NCBI GenBank assembly: GCA_964016885.1
Contig: OZ024743.1
Location: 18,910,001-18,974,000, forward strand
Reading direction: 5' to 3'
DNA from: Eledone cirrhosa
Taxonomy: Eukaryota
Length of the DNA stretch: 64,000 nt
The notes under the pieces are model-generated. The model worked only from the letters and a program-made list of their open reading frames with translations, did not search any database and was not told where the DNA came from. The translations under genes were made by a program, and so were the position numbers. Shown here in pieces: positions 13,731-28,606 of the stretch (its first letter is position 1; every line of letters starts with the position of its first letter).

Positions 13731-16247
13731 AGACATTCCCCACTCCTTTCATCTCCACTAAATGTTGCTTGATGTGTAAATCAGCAGCTCAGTCATAACC
13801 ATAAGAAATGAACTAGGAATACTCTTGGACCCTCAGAACTTGACATTTTGATGTAATGAATTTCGTATCATTTTGATGTTGGCATTGATAAATGAGATTT
13901 AGTTCATTCTGGTTTGCGACAGCTACTTCTGAAGTTCTTATAGCCATCAGTACTTTAGTGTAATCTGCGTAACTCATTAAGTTGGTCGAATGCACCTATT
14001 ACCTTATACCTGATAGAGTGATGATAAATAATAATGGTCCTATATCGTTACTCTTACTACAAGTATCTTGGCATAGAGAAAATTATTTGCAGCATATGCA
14101 CATGCAGACACATACCTATATCTACACATTCATCATTTCATCTATACAAATATTCATACATACATAAATAAATACATACATGCATGCATACATATTAACT
14201 CTAAAACTTAAAAGTTTTAGTAATATTCTTGTTACGTTGTAACATCGGAAAATTACCATGCGTGCAAACGTGGTTTATGGAATACTTAAGAACATACTAC
14301 TATATATTTGAAATCAGCTCCTTCGCATTTAAATCCCTGACTTTCACACGAAAACCATTCAGATATATTGGAAGAATCTAGATATGTGTTAGAGACTAAC
14401 ATACATTTGTTAAGATATAAATATCATATTAGTACTCTTTTAAACGACATCAAGTGCACCCCCTTTTGCTCGACATATAACTTAATTCTGCTTCACTGCA
14501 GTCTACATATACAGATAGTGTCATGTCCATTAGAATATAAATGCCACTTGAAATGTGACGGACCAGCATGTAGAGTTGCAGGATGATTTAATACTTATGA
14601 AGAATATAATAGTAAGCATTTAGCAATAATTTAATATTTGGTTTATAACTATTGTGATACTATGGTAATAATAAAATCACATAGTAAATATGTTCGATTA
14701 GTCTGTACCATTTGTTGTTCCCTTATCTCTGATTATCTACTATCCGCCTCCTGCATTTCACCGTCACTTTATAAAAAAGAAGAATCAATAGTGGGAGTTG
14801 AATAGAGTCAAGACTACTTAATTATACACTACACGTTGTTTTAGTTTAATGAATTACAAAATTAGAGAATTTACGATATTTCATTAACGTAGACAAGAAT
14901 AATCCACACACGGAATGGTCTTCTTACTTTGTGGTTCAAAGAAATGGGTGAGGTATTTGAGAACTGTGCTGCTGCTCATATTGACTCTCGTGTGCTTGAC
15001 ATCCTAAAATAATGCCAAGGGAATCCTAAAGTTACACGAGTAACGTAGCCTAATGTGTCCTGTCGTACAATTTAGTATGTTTTCTACAGCAACATTGTTA
15101 GATATCCACTATCTGAACATCCACACGTGATCCCTTAAGTCTGGGTCAATCACACTCTACAAGACATCCATGCTTCACATGCCTTTCCTATCTGAATCTG
15201 GTTGATCTTACCAGCTAATATTGGGTACATAAATGTGGTGAACTATAGCGAGGAGATATTTCATGACTCCTCGCGTGAGAGCTAGGTGCCAGCGGCAAAT
15301 GAACCGCCTTAAGAGGAAGTTGGCGTAATGTTTACAAAGGTAGTATCCCTCTCTGTTACACATTATGTCATACCACTATGTCGTACTAAGTAACATTTTC
15401 TGAATAATCTAACGTTAGATAAATATATACTCGTAATATAACCTTGGAATAATGAATACATTTAACGATTATCTTGTAAATGTAGCTAGACATTCGGATA
15501 TATCCTAGGTAGTTGTTATTCCTGTCGTTTTATCTATTTTCTCGTTGAGTATTATGTAGGGGTTTGATAATATATATTGTGCTTCAGTAAGTAATTAGAG
15601 TATTTCCTCATTTAGAGACTTTGATCACAAACCTCAATGATAAGACATTTCAATTAACCTTTTAAGCTGCATATTTACTACAAACGATGGTTTTGTTCAA
15701 AGCTATGATAAGATATATTTAACGTTTCTCGCAACAACTTTTGTAGTAATTTCATTTCCCATTTTATTTCGTTCCACACGGTAGTTTGTATTTGATGATT
15801 AGCTTTGATTTATTGTATCAGTGTTCTCGTAGTTTATGATGTATGTATGATTTGAAAATATATTGATATTCGGGTACTCGGTTTGTCTGTGGATAAAGTA
15901 ATTCAATCCCCTGCTGTAATTTTACTGTGATTGATTCGTCTGACGTAAATGTGTAGCACTTATATCAGTCTATTGTTCTACTGTATAATACATATAAAGG
16001 AACATTGAGAATTTGATACTATCTCCATAAAAGTCATGCGATGAAGTTTCTGACAGAACACAATTTTCCTTATCGTCTACAACGTATCCAATATTATTCA
16101 GCATATATTATCAACTAGATGTAAAGTAACCATATATGATTCAGACTTACGCGTGCGAACAAACACACAAACATATATATATACTGTATATCCGTGTGCG
16201 GTTGAGGAGTGAAAGAAATGACTACTCGGTACCGGATTAGAGTTTAA

Positions 16248-16879
<632 letters not shown>

Positions 16880-17754
16880 GTTATCTATCTCTCTCTCTTT
16901 ATATGTATATATATATATATATATATGAGAGAGAAAGAGAGAGGGAGAGAGTGATTGCTTAATAGATAGATCAGGATTATATCAGTTTTAAACTAGTAAG
17001 AGTATTTTGCTTGTGAGAATTGAGTGTCGGGTCGCGACGGCTGAACTCTTGCCGTTTAGATAGCAAATTATAGACTCTGGAATTTGATGTGTAAAGGACA
17101 AGAGCCCCACCGTTGGGTCCCGACTCTCTAATAAATATATATATATGTCTGTGCGTGTGTATGTGCGTAAATATATATATGTGTATATAAATATATATTA
17201 TATAATAATATGTGAGTTATTAGCGACTACGCTGGTCGGAACACTCAATGCTGTTACGGGGTCCGTCTCTCGTTGAGTTGTGCTCCAGTTTCAAGGCAGC
17301 TGTAGTTTTCAGAGTGTATATAGTGTTACAATAAACATTGTAGATTTTTGTAAAACTTTATATCATATTGGGCAGCCCCAAGCTTCCTACACTACAGAAG
17401 CTTTTTTTCTTTACAGGCTGTCCCCAAGTTAAATTTTCCTTTTTGAACTTTCTATTCTCTTTTCCCTAACATCCATGATAATTATGGATTGAACGTAACA
17501 CTGCTTTGTAATTGTGTCGAGGTTACCTGATGAGACCATCCTGTCTTCCATTGAAATATTTATAGTTATTACACAACATTAGAATTTACAGCATATTTTC
17601 CAGTCAGACATTCTGTTGCTGTTTTAAATACTTTACTCCACATCTATGAGGGATGAATTGCTTAACGTTCTGGGCTTCATTAATTCGTTGCATCATGATT
17701 TGCCTGCCAGAAACATCAGTTCTACCATTAGGTGAATCAATTGTATATTTATAC

Positions 17755-17764
17755 AGAGAGAGAG

Positions 17765-17814
<50 letters not shown>

Positions 17815-17905
17815 TGTTTGTGTGTGTATGTGTGTGCGTCTGTGTATGTGCCTATGTGTGTGTGTGTGTGCGTGCGTGTGTGTGTCTGTGTGTGTGTGTG
17901 TGTGA
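17755..17905. repeat. (GA)n/(GT)n microsatellite
   Basis: Direct inspection. Confidence 0.95.
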
Positions 17906-19915
17906 GGTCATTCAAAGTGTATGGTTATTTCGGTTCGTTCTATCACAATCAAGGTATTAGCAACACCGGTAAGAGTCACCTCAGGAATTGTGGCAATTGC
18001 ATAAGGTCAGTTTATATGGCATTGCCCTCAGAATAGTCAAGGATATATGGGTATATCATATCATTAGGTGAATAACTCCTAAATTATTAGTATGAGAACC
18101 ACCCAATTGACCCATCTGTAGTTGGACGAATTTATTTAATTCGAAATTCCGATAAGCCACACGCAAAATACCAATAGAGATTTATGCATGGTAACATATC
18201 CATTATAGGTAGAAGCTATACACAAACCCTTTAACGGATCAATATCCTCTACTCAACAAATGATAAATAAATCATTATCCAACTAGAATGCTGCGCCTTC
18301 GCTATTCAAGAAGGGTGAGAAATACTAAACATGAAATAGCTAAGAGCGATGTGGATGCCACAAAAGCGCCAGTCGAACACAGAGACTGATCTCTGGCAAT
18401 AAGGAAGTTAGCCACTGCCCTAATATGCATATGTAATGTATTTTTGCAGTATTTTCTTCAAAACCTGAAATGTATGTTTTATTTGTTACGTTCATTATAT
18501 TATTGAATGCATTTTATATACTGGATTAATTTTATTTAAAATCAAATATTCTTGATTTTATATTCTTAATATATCTGACATGTATTGCCTAGGACGTTTA
18601 CATAAAGTAACACGTGGCCAACAAGATAGCGAAATGTCCGTGGCTGAGCATGCTAAGGATTTCTTTCAGTTGTTTAATATTTCTTCTACGTCATTACTCG
18701 TTAAAATAACTGCATGTTTAGGTGACACAATTGATCCAATATTTCAAAACATATTATGATTCATAATACAAGCATCTAATCTGAGAAACATGATGTTCAT
18801 ATTAGAAAGTGGTATTGTTTATACTGGGTAATTATGAGACATTTATAGGGTACAGAAATTAGTCATAGTCACAGTCATTAAGTAAACAGGCTTTAAAATA
18901 GAGGAACAAATTGCAAAGTTTTACTGCCATTCCCTGTAGTAGTTCACAGTAATCAATCTTGAATTTGTCACCTCTAGAATGATGTAAGAGACTTGGAACA
19001 ATATTACAGCAATGTAATATATTTACTTATTGCGACGGTGATAAATCCCTTTTTGACTGCTAGTTCTCTCTTTCCAGTAAGTTGAACACATTCATCAACT
19101 GTCATATCATAGATCTCTTAAGCGTTTTCAGTTCAGAAATTATTTATTGTCGAATATCTATATGTTATATGGTGCAGCTTAAACAAACGATTTGTGTATA
19201 GCAAGATTCTGAAAATGTAGAATTTTATTGAAAAATACTTTATGATATTGACGGTCGATAATTATTACTGCTGAAATGACGATAAGGATAAGATATTTGA
19301 ATGTTTGGGATATACTAGCTAAAGATTAAGATTTGAATAATATTCTCATATCTTTCATTATATATTGGGGTCTCTAATTTGTGTTTACAAAGTACTAGAT
19401 CTTTCGTTACTAATGGCAAATGATTACAGGTACATACACATAGACACTCTCTCATACTCTCTCTCTCATATAACAACAATAACGCACACAAACAAATATG
19501 TAGGAAAAAAGACCGTTTCAGGGGATATAATTACCGATGTGGAGAACAATAGATTTCAGTAGGGGAGATTCACACCCTATTAGTCTAAAAAAAGCGAAGG
19601 TATACAGCTATCTATTCTCAGAAACACTGTATAGGTCCGATTGTTTTTATTGAAAAATTACATCACCTGGAAGGAACGGCGTATAGCTAAGTAAAGATTA
19701 AATAACTAGATAACGCATAAAAGTGTAACATATGTACATACTGATACACAAATAAAGAGGTAACATACATAGACATGTCATATATCAAGTTCTAGACGAG
19801 GACATTTCATTCTTGAGAAAGGCTTGCTCGACACAAATTCAAACCATATCTCATTTAGTTAGCAATTGTCAGCAAACGGGTTTACGGAGAATGCTTACTA
19901 TAATTTCCTCAACAT

Positions 19916-19983
<68 letters not shown>

Positions 19984-20368
19984 ATATTAAGTAAATGGAA
20001 ACTATATTTATAAAACCATATTGATTTTATTCTATATATTTCAAGGGTACCAAAAGACTTTGGTAGACTATCTTCAGATAAAATACAAAATTTGTTTTAT
20101 AAATAAAGACATACACAGGTAAATCATACCTTATCAGTTGGATATTCTCTGGATAGTGGAAATGTATTAGTGATTTTTCAAAATGATGGGTGAATATGCA
20201 AATGAATATGTAGATAATTGAAAAACAACTGTTTATTTAAACGACTATGGAGAGAAAGAAGAAAGACGTGAAGAAGGACAAAATAGTGAGAGAGAGAGAG
20301 AAGGAAAAAACCGAAGATGAATAAAAACTCATATAAATATACTTATATATATATATATATATATATAA

Positions 20369-22959
20369 ATTGTTATACTTGGGAAGGGTCATATTTGTGT
20401 AATATTGCCAGAATTAATAACAGAACACACTCACTGTTTGGTTGGTTTTCGCTTTTCGCTTCTGTGTCTTTTATATCGGTAATCTAATTTATTCGGTCCT
20501 CAATGTTGCCATTGACTGACCGACGGTCAAAAATAATACAGATACAATATAGACACAAACACATATATATAGTTTATCATAAATCTTTCGTTGCACATCT
20601 GCAACATCGTCAGTGGTGCTATTGTTTCCCCCCGTTGCATTGTATGTCTACGCCATTTTTATTTAGTCTGTCTATATATTTATTTATTTATTTGCTTGTT
20701 TGTTTATTTTATTTTGTCTTCTTTGCGCATGCGTTTGCGTGTGTGTATAGTGTTTTGTTTGATGTGTGTTCGGGATTGGGTTACTAGTGTGTGTTTATGT
20801 GTGTTTGTTGTTATTGTGCTTGTGTATGTATTTATTTATTTATTTATCTATTTATTTACTTATTTATACTTCTCTTAGGCCAGTGTTGTTTGTTTGGGTG
20901 TTGTTGTTATTCCATTCATTCTTTCTGTTTAGTCTTGGCCTTCTAAGTTCTATTTCACTGGCCTCTCTGATTTGCCTATCTGCTGGGTCATTTCTATGTT
21001 TAGATATTATTCTAATTTCTATGTTGTCTATGTTACCGTCGTGTTGTTGTCTGGCATGTTCGTATAGTACTGACCCGTTTTATCGTCCTTTTAGTTCCCC
21101 CAGTGTTGGTCTATCCTTTCACCTATGCTACGAGCTGTCTCACCTATGTATGTTGTTGTCATGTTTCTGCAGGTACCCTCTGTACATCTCATGCTATAGA
21201 CTACAGTTTATCCGGAGGGTTTACCTTACATATGATACATTTCCTATTAGTACAGTGGTTTTCTTAAAAGGGTAGGTTTTGCTGATCAGGGATTTGATGG
21301 TGGTTCCTGGCTTTTCTACCACCTTAATTTTTAAGTGGGTCTCTCTCAGGGCCTTTCTACACTGGTTAGCTAATTTCCCTTCAGGGGTAGCGTCCACAAA
21401 CATGACACTCTGGTATCTCTGGTTGTCGTACCATGAGGTGGCTTTCCCTATCTTATGTCTAGCCCTATCTAAGCTATTCCATGATTTGCTCCTGTATAAT
21501 GGGCACATTCCTTTCATTTCCAGATTCCTTTCATGGGTTTAGCATAGTGTGAGTGATGAATTTGGGCTCTCAAATACCTGATACTCAAAAACTCAGCAAT
21601 GTCCAGTAGTGCTAAGTTTAATATTCTGATCGCAGATTTGGTACGAGTGATGAGGAATGTGTCCCGCATGTGCCACCCAACAGAAATGGAATGACACATC
21701 CAACACTTCATCAACCACATGCAGTTCTCTGGCTACAACCAAAGAGACAGAGTCAGAGTATACGAAGGAGCCATGGAGAAGTATAAGGCCCTCGTAGAAC
21801 TGGACATGAAAGGAATGTGCCCATTATACAGGAGCAAATCATGGAATAGCTTAGATAGGGCTAGACATAAGATAGGGAAAGCCACCTCATGGTACGACAA
21901 CCAGAGATACCAGAGTGTCATGTTTGTGGACGCTACCCCTGAAGGGAAATTAGCTAACCAGTGTAGAAGGGCCCTGAGAAAGACCCACTTAAAAATTAAG
22001 GTGATAGAAAAGCCAGGAACCACCATCAAATCCCTGATCAGCAAAACCTACCCTTTTAAGAGAACCCACTGTACTAATAGGAAATGTATCATATGTAAGG
22101 TAAACCCCCGGATAAACTGTAAAACTAGAAACGTAGTCTATAGCATGAGATGTACAGAGGGTACCTGCAGAAACATGACAACAACATACATAGCTCGTAG
22201 CATAGGTGAAAGGATAGACCAACACTGGGGGAACTAAAAGGACGAAAAAACGGGTCAGTACTATACGAACATGCCAGACAACAACACGACGGTAACATAG
22301 ACAACATAGAAATTAGAATAATATCTAAACATAGAAATGACCCAGCAGATAGGCAAATCAGAGAGGCCAGTGAAATAGAACTTAGAAGGCCAAGACTAAA
22401 CAGAAAGAATGAATGGAATAACAACAACACCCAAACAAACAACACTGACCTAAGAGAAGTATAAATAAGTAAATAAATAGATAAATAAATAAATAAATAC
22501 ATACACAAGCACAATAACAACAAACACACATAAACACACACTAGTCACCCAATCACGAACACACATCAAACAAAACACTATACACACACGCAAACGCATG
22601 CGCAAAGAAGACAAAATAAAATAAACAAACAACCAAATAAATAAATAAATATATAGATTGACTAAATAAAAATGGCGTAGACATACAATGCAACGTGAGG
22701 AAACAATAGCACCACTGACGGTGTTGCAGATGGGCAACGAAAGATTTATGATAAACTATATATATGTGTTTGTGTCTATATTGTATCTGTATTATTTTTG
22801 ACCGTCGGTCAGTCAATGGCAAGATTGAGGACCGAATAAATTAGATTACCGATATAAAAGACACAGAAGCGAAAAGCGAAAACCAACCAAACAGTGAGTG
22901 TGTTCTGTTATTAATTCTGGCAATATTACACAAATATGACCCTCGCCAAGTATAACAAT
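20369..22959 (+). mobile_element. 5'-truncated PLE (Neptune-like, tentative) with an inverted ~1.15 kb copy of its 3' part at the 5' end
   Basis: Plus frame ILIADLVRVMRNVS...QFSGY...VMFVDATPEGKL...C.NRKCIIC...CKTRNVVYSMRC..GTC...YIARSIGERIDQH. 20369-21523 is the reverse complement of 21800-22959. Confidence 0.9.
20576..20617 (-). ncRNA. Partly decayed type I HHR in the PLE pseudo-LTR (mirror copy 22711-22752 +; remnant near 34930-34970 +)
   Basis: acca CTGACGA t gttgc-agatgt-gcaac GAAA gatt TA tgat; helices I and III are imperfect. Confidence 0.55.
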
Positions 22960-23551
22960 ATTTGTTTCGACACACGATTTCATATAAAAAACCTCGCAAA
23001 TCTAATTCATCGCCTATATATATATATAGAGGGAGAGAGAGAGAGGGATAAATAGATAGATAGATAGAGAGGGGGAGAGAGAAAGTGAGAGAGAGAGTGA
23101 GAAAGAATGTCGATAACTATTTAATATGTTCCAGTACATATAAACAAGTATACTTTAATAAATATAATAGTCTTGGGGGATGCCATTGAGGTGCAAAATA
23201 TCAAAGTAGTTTATACGGTGTTTGTCGTCTTGTGACACGTTGTAAAGTCTCATGTTCGTTACAATTTCACCGTACATATCTTCAACAAAATAATAGTGAA
23301 AAGAGGATGATGAGTTTATTTCGTTTTGAATGAAGAAAAGTTCCAACCTTCATTCCTGGGATGTTATCCCTACATGTTACTTTAAAATAATAATAGGTTT
23401 TACTTTCACTCAATGCATATTGGTTTGCCTGGCACATCTCATCAATTATCACCTTAGAGTAATTATATATATATATATATATATTTACATATATATATAT
23501 TTTATATATAAATATATATAAAAGAAAATTTCGCTCTTCATGGCTGAATAC

Positions 23552-23823
23552 AATAAATGTAATCTGAGTTCTTCGAATATGATTAATAACATTCGCTTCG
23601 TTTGCAATTTTGCAAACAAGCCTCAATTTTATAGCCATGTCAGTAGAATGAACACTTCATTCTTGCTCTTGTATTGGCATGCGAACACAACTGCATGCCA
23701 ACACAAGAGCAACAATGAAGTGTTCATTCTACTGACATGGCTATAAAATTGAGGCTTGTTTGCAAAATTGCAAACGAATCGAATCTTATTATTAATATTC
23801 GAATAATTCAGATCACATTTATT
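23552..23823. repeat. Palindrome, ~131-bp arms, 10-nt spacer
   Basis: Arms 23552-23682 and 23693-23823 are reverse complements with a few substitutions. Confidence 0.9.
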
Positions 23824-23830
23824 ATATATA

Positions 23831-24010
23831 CTAGCAGAAAAACCACCTTCGGGTGGTATTCTGCTAGCATGTGTAGTGTGTATATTGATATTATACATGT
23901 TGATATAATACCTCAAATAAAATCGCAATTGACAATATATAATACATATAAATTGAACGAAGACTGCGTTACACTGCCTTATGTAATCAGTAACGTAATA
24001 CATGATACAT
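23831..24010. repeat. Dispersed repeat beginning with a C(UUCG)G-capped hairpin; second copy at about 41690-41857 in reverse orientation
   Basis: ctagcagaa-aa-accacc-TTCG-ggtggt-a-ttctgctag; the body (gaacgaagactgcgttacact...) is shared with the 41.7-41.86 kb copy. Confidence 0.7.
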
Positions 24011-24950
24011 TGAATTCAATTGTGAAAACGGTCTCGGGGTACCTGAAGTCTTCGGGTGATTTAATGGAACTCCATTGAGATGAAGTGTTCAATATGCAGG
24101 TTACCCTGAGGGAACAAGTGTCTCAGGCTTCGTAGCACTGATTTTAATTCCAGCCATGCAACACTGGGTATTAATCATATCATGTGCATGTCGGAGATCA
24201 CCATCAAACCTGCACTTGATACGTTTCATACCGACAGTTCCTACACTATTAATTAGAGAGGTGATAGTATGCATTCTTGGCGTTTTTTAATTATATATGA
24301 TAATGAAACAAAAGTATAAAATTTGATCAAAGCCGGGCTGAATTTATCTCCCAAAAACCTTTGTGACATCGTTTGCAGTAATATGTTAAGTAATGTAAGA
24401 ATTGAGAATATGAATAAAATTTTAAAGTAGCATTATTTATCTCTGTCATGTTGCGTAAAAAAATATCTTTTTATGTAAATAGTTAAGGCAAATTTGCTGT
24501 AATGTAGAGATAAATAATGCTACTTTAAAGTGTTATTCATATTCTCAATTCTTAGATCACTTAACGTATTACTGCAGACGATGTCACAACATTTTTGGGA
24601 GATAAATTCAGCCCGGCGTTGATCAAATTGTATATGTTTGTTTCATTATCATATATATCATATATAATTGAAAAACACCAAAAATGCATACTGTCACCTC
24701 TCCAATTAATAGTGTAGGAACTGTCGGTATCAAACGTATCAAGTGCAGGTTTGATGGTGATCTCTGACATGCACATGATATGATTAATACCCAGTGTTGC
24801 ATGGCTGGAATTAAAATCAGTACTACGAAGCCTGAGACCTTTCTTCCCTCAGGTTAAACTGCGTATTGAACACTTCATCTCAATGGAGTTCTATTAAATC
24901 ACCTGAAGACTTTAAGTACCCCGAGACCGTTTTCACAGTTGAATTAAATG
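24008..24950. repeat. Inverted duplication, ~440-bp arms, ~60-bp spacer
   Basis: 24008-24444 is the reverse complement of 24506-24950 (diverged). Confidence 0.9.
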
Positions 24951-25330
24951 CAAAAATGCGGGGCAGATGTGGATGTAATATGCCAACTTCATCATTCAAT
25001 ATTCTGGTCAATACTTAACTGTGGCCAGGAATAAGATAATGACTGAAAGAATACAATCACGAATACAAGCAGCCGAAATGTAGTTCATCTGGAAAGTGTC
25101 TAGAGTAAAGTTACTCGATAGAGTGCGTACCTCGGGCATCAGATGATCGCTCCAGCTAGACACGCTACTTCTCCGAATTAAGAGATTTCAGCTCCGCTAT
25201 TAGGACCATGAGGTTAGAATGTGTCAGGACAAAATCTATGGGCAGATTTTCCGGGTAAACCCAAGCGAAAGGAGAACCGATGGAGACTCCGACCAAGATG
25301 GTTTTGTAAAATCCATGAGGTTTGCTGGGC
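24780..25330 (+). mobile_element. Old RTE-clade LINE remnant
   Basis: QCCMAGIKISTTKPET, EDFKYPETVFT, RIQAAEM*FIWKVSRVKLLDRVR...LQLDTLLLRIKRFQLRY. Same family as the 38080-38720 remnant. Confidence 0.7.
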
Positions 25331-26229
25331 CCGCTAGCAAATCCAACCGGATCAATTGGGGATGGTTGCTTTTGGTAGGACCTGTGGAAGGACTGTTTGA
25401 TGACCAACAGCCCGCACCCGCTCATATAGTGTGTTGTAGGCATAACGATATAAACTTCTGCTAATAGTCTGTTCTCCTACTCACGGCATTGTTGACGGTT
25501 TACATCCTTCCATACCGGACGAGCTGGAAAAGAAGAATTATTTAGAACATTTTACATGTGAATTTATTTCACTTTCTTATAAAATCTTAGAACATCCGCA
25601 AGTGTGTAATGTTGATATACTAAGAGAACATGTGCATTATTTACACAAACATTCTTTTAAACATATAGCACGTCAATATATTTGACATCAGTTGAGGAGA
25701 GGTAATACAGAATTTCGAGAAATTTCTTTAAGCAGGTGTTGCTTTTGTATACTAGAAATATTTGCATTCCGATGTTTATTCAAGTGTAATGGAAAAGCCA
25801 TCGAATACTGGAAAATATTTTCGATGTAAAACACGTATATGTATGGATTTCTGGATCATAGATTTTAACGAAATTTCTGATGCCGAAATACATCCATCAA
25901 ATCATTTTGAATATTCATATAAAATATAACATTACGAAATAATCACTTAAACTATTATAAAAATGTCAGGTATTTAGTTTTGCAAATTATGATTCATAAT
26001 ACAGTCATGTTTACAGTCATCTTTAACTGAATCTTTAACTGAATCTTCCACACGTTGTTTTGTTATAATAGATAAACACCTACTACCTCTATAATTAATT
26101 GTTTAACTAATATACTTGTCAAATAAAGTCATGATCTTCCCATTAATAATTTAAAGGAATCAATTTCAAAGGACAGATATAATGGTTATTCAACTTGTAA
26201 TTATCACACCATCAAATTTAGATTTATAG

Positions 26230-26249
26230 ATACATACACACATATACAT

Positions 26250-26323
<74 letters not shown>

Positions 26324-26410
26324 GGAAAGCGAGAGAGAGAGGGGGAAAGGGGGAGAAAGAGAAATATATATATATAAATATATATAAATATATATATATA
26401 TGTATGTATG

Positions 26411-26503
<93 letters not shown>

Positions 26504-26541
26504 GTATATATATATATCTGTATATATATATATGTATATAT

Positions 26542-26595
<54 letters not shown>

Positions 26596-26640
26596 CATTT
26601 AGAAACACACAGATACATGCCGACACACACATATATACAT
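26230..26640. repeat. (TA)n-rich microsatellite block
   Basis: Direct inspection. Confidence 0.95.
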
Positions 26641-26811
26641 GAATGCATCCGCACCCAACTGTGAGTTAAGGGTGCCAACTTCACCGATGTTGCTCAATGA
26701 ATGACTGGGACAGACCAATTCTGTTTGAACCAGACTGAACCAGTATCAGAGTTAAAAATACATTATGAAGAGAGAAGAAACATTTAGATATAATTAGTAA
26801 TAAAATGTATC

Positions 26812-26849
<38 letters not shown>

Positions 26850-26862
26850 ATGTGTGTTTATG

Positions 26863-26906
<44 letters not shown>

Positions 26907-28066
26907 CATTATTATTCTTATTTTATTTATTTATTTATTATCATGTTCGAAAAGCAATAAGGTCAGGTTTGATAGATAATGTAATTGAAAGATTATAAGG
27001 TTAAGCACGCGTGTAATCAGGTTGATGTCGTCCGATATTTCAATTAATGGTTTCGAAAAAATACGATATAAATATTTTATTCAAAATGCACAGTTATTTT
27101 GTAAATCATATTTCTTTGAATAAACTCTTCAAATATGGAAACAACTATTATAAAGATAAAAGAGATACAGATAAATTAATTACCAAAAATGGGACGATGT
27201 TACTAGTTTCAATTTCCATATATTTGAATGCGACTCTGCCAGGGCACATCTCGAAATGTGTTGTATTATACCTTCTGCAAAGGACGGAAAAAAGAAAACT
27301 AAGGCTGGGTAAGGGATTAGACTCGGAAATTGAAAGAAACTAGTATAATGAGACCGTAGATAATTAGCTTCCTATATGCTAATATATATAATAATAATAA
27401 TATTATTTATACTTATGTATACACTATATACAACTATAAATAGGAAAGGTTCGTAATTCATTACTACCTTATTACCTGTAAGAAAAATAGCTCAATTTAA
27501 ATACATCAGATGTTTTACAGAGCAGGAATATAAATTACACAATAATCAAAGCTATGTTCAAATCATTTTATCGCTGTTTATTATGGATGTAGTGTGATGA
27601 TTGTTTCTGTAATGTTCAAATGTGTATACGTTGAGAGTATCAATATTATTGCTATCTTTTCTATTACATTGGTTATAATTTTATTTTAGTGAATGTTTTT
27701 AATTGGTTACAGCTATGGATTGTATATTGGTCCTATTATATTGTTATCGGGGCCTCGAGTTGTTGTGGAGTGATTCTTCTAACGGTTTAATTTCCGGAAG
27801 TGAGTTTGAGATCTATATTAAGGGGAGCTAATGCGAAAGGGGAGGTAACTAGCGATTAAACTGTATATGATAAAAGAAATTACAAAAGAATGGGAAACAT
27901 GTATAGTTGTTTACACCTCCAAATAGTTAAATTGTTTGTGCTAATATACATTATATTATGTTACAAGTTAATCCCTTTTATATAATGCTATTTGTTTATA
28001 TTTAATTTTAAATACAATCTATTTTCTGATAATACATTAAAGGTCTCATTATATTGTTATCTATCC

Positions 28067-28152
28067 TGCAATTACACCAGCACATTACTGATAAAATAAA
28101 GTACCAGTAATGTACTGGGGTAATTGCTGGCCTTGTGCCAATAGTATAAACA
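28067..28152 (+). mobile_element. SINE 3' fragment with 5' inversion and 19-bp target-site duplication
   Basis: TSD attatattgttatctatcc at 28048-28066 and 28153-28171; 28068-28090 is an imperfect reverse complement of the SINE body. Confidence 0.8.
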
Positions 28153-28606
28153 ATTATATTGTTATCTATCCATTGCTGAATAAAGTATAAGTAAGTTATA
28201 GAAAAAATGATTAGTTTTTTACAGGTCCAATTACTTAAATCTCTTGTGTTATTAATATATATTATATTATGTTATAAGTCAATCACTTATATATAATGCT
28301 ATTAATTTATATATTTAATTTTAAATATAATTTATTTTCCTATAATACATTAAGTGTCTCATCATATTATCATCCATCCATTACTGAATATAATTTAAGC
28401 AAGCTATAGTGGTTATATTAAATGGTGTTAATTTTATGTTTATTCCTAATAGTTATTGTAGAGTATAAGGTTTGAGATAAATAGGAGTTAGGTAGAGGGG
28501 TGAGCTGATCATAGAGTGTGAAGCTGTGAGGGTACTAATATGCTGATAAGACCTAGAGGTGAATTGTTAAAGGTGGTGAGGAATTCAGATCTGACATTGT
28601 AATATA

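Noticed and set aside
17507-17580. CTGATGA gac-catcct-gtc ... GAAA hammerhead-like motif
   Set aside because: There is a 7-nt gap before GAAA and no consistent helix I/III register.
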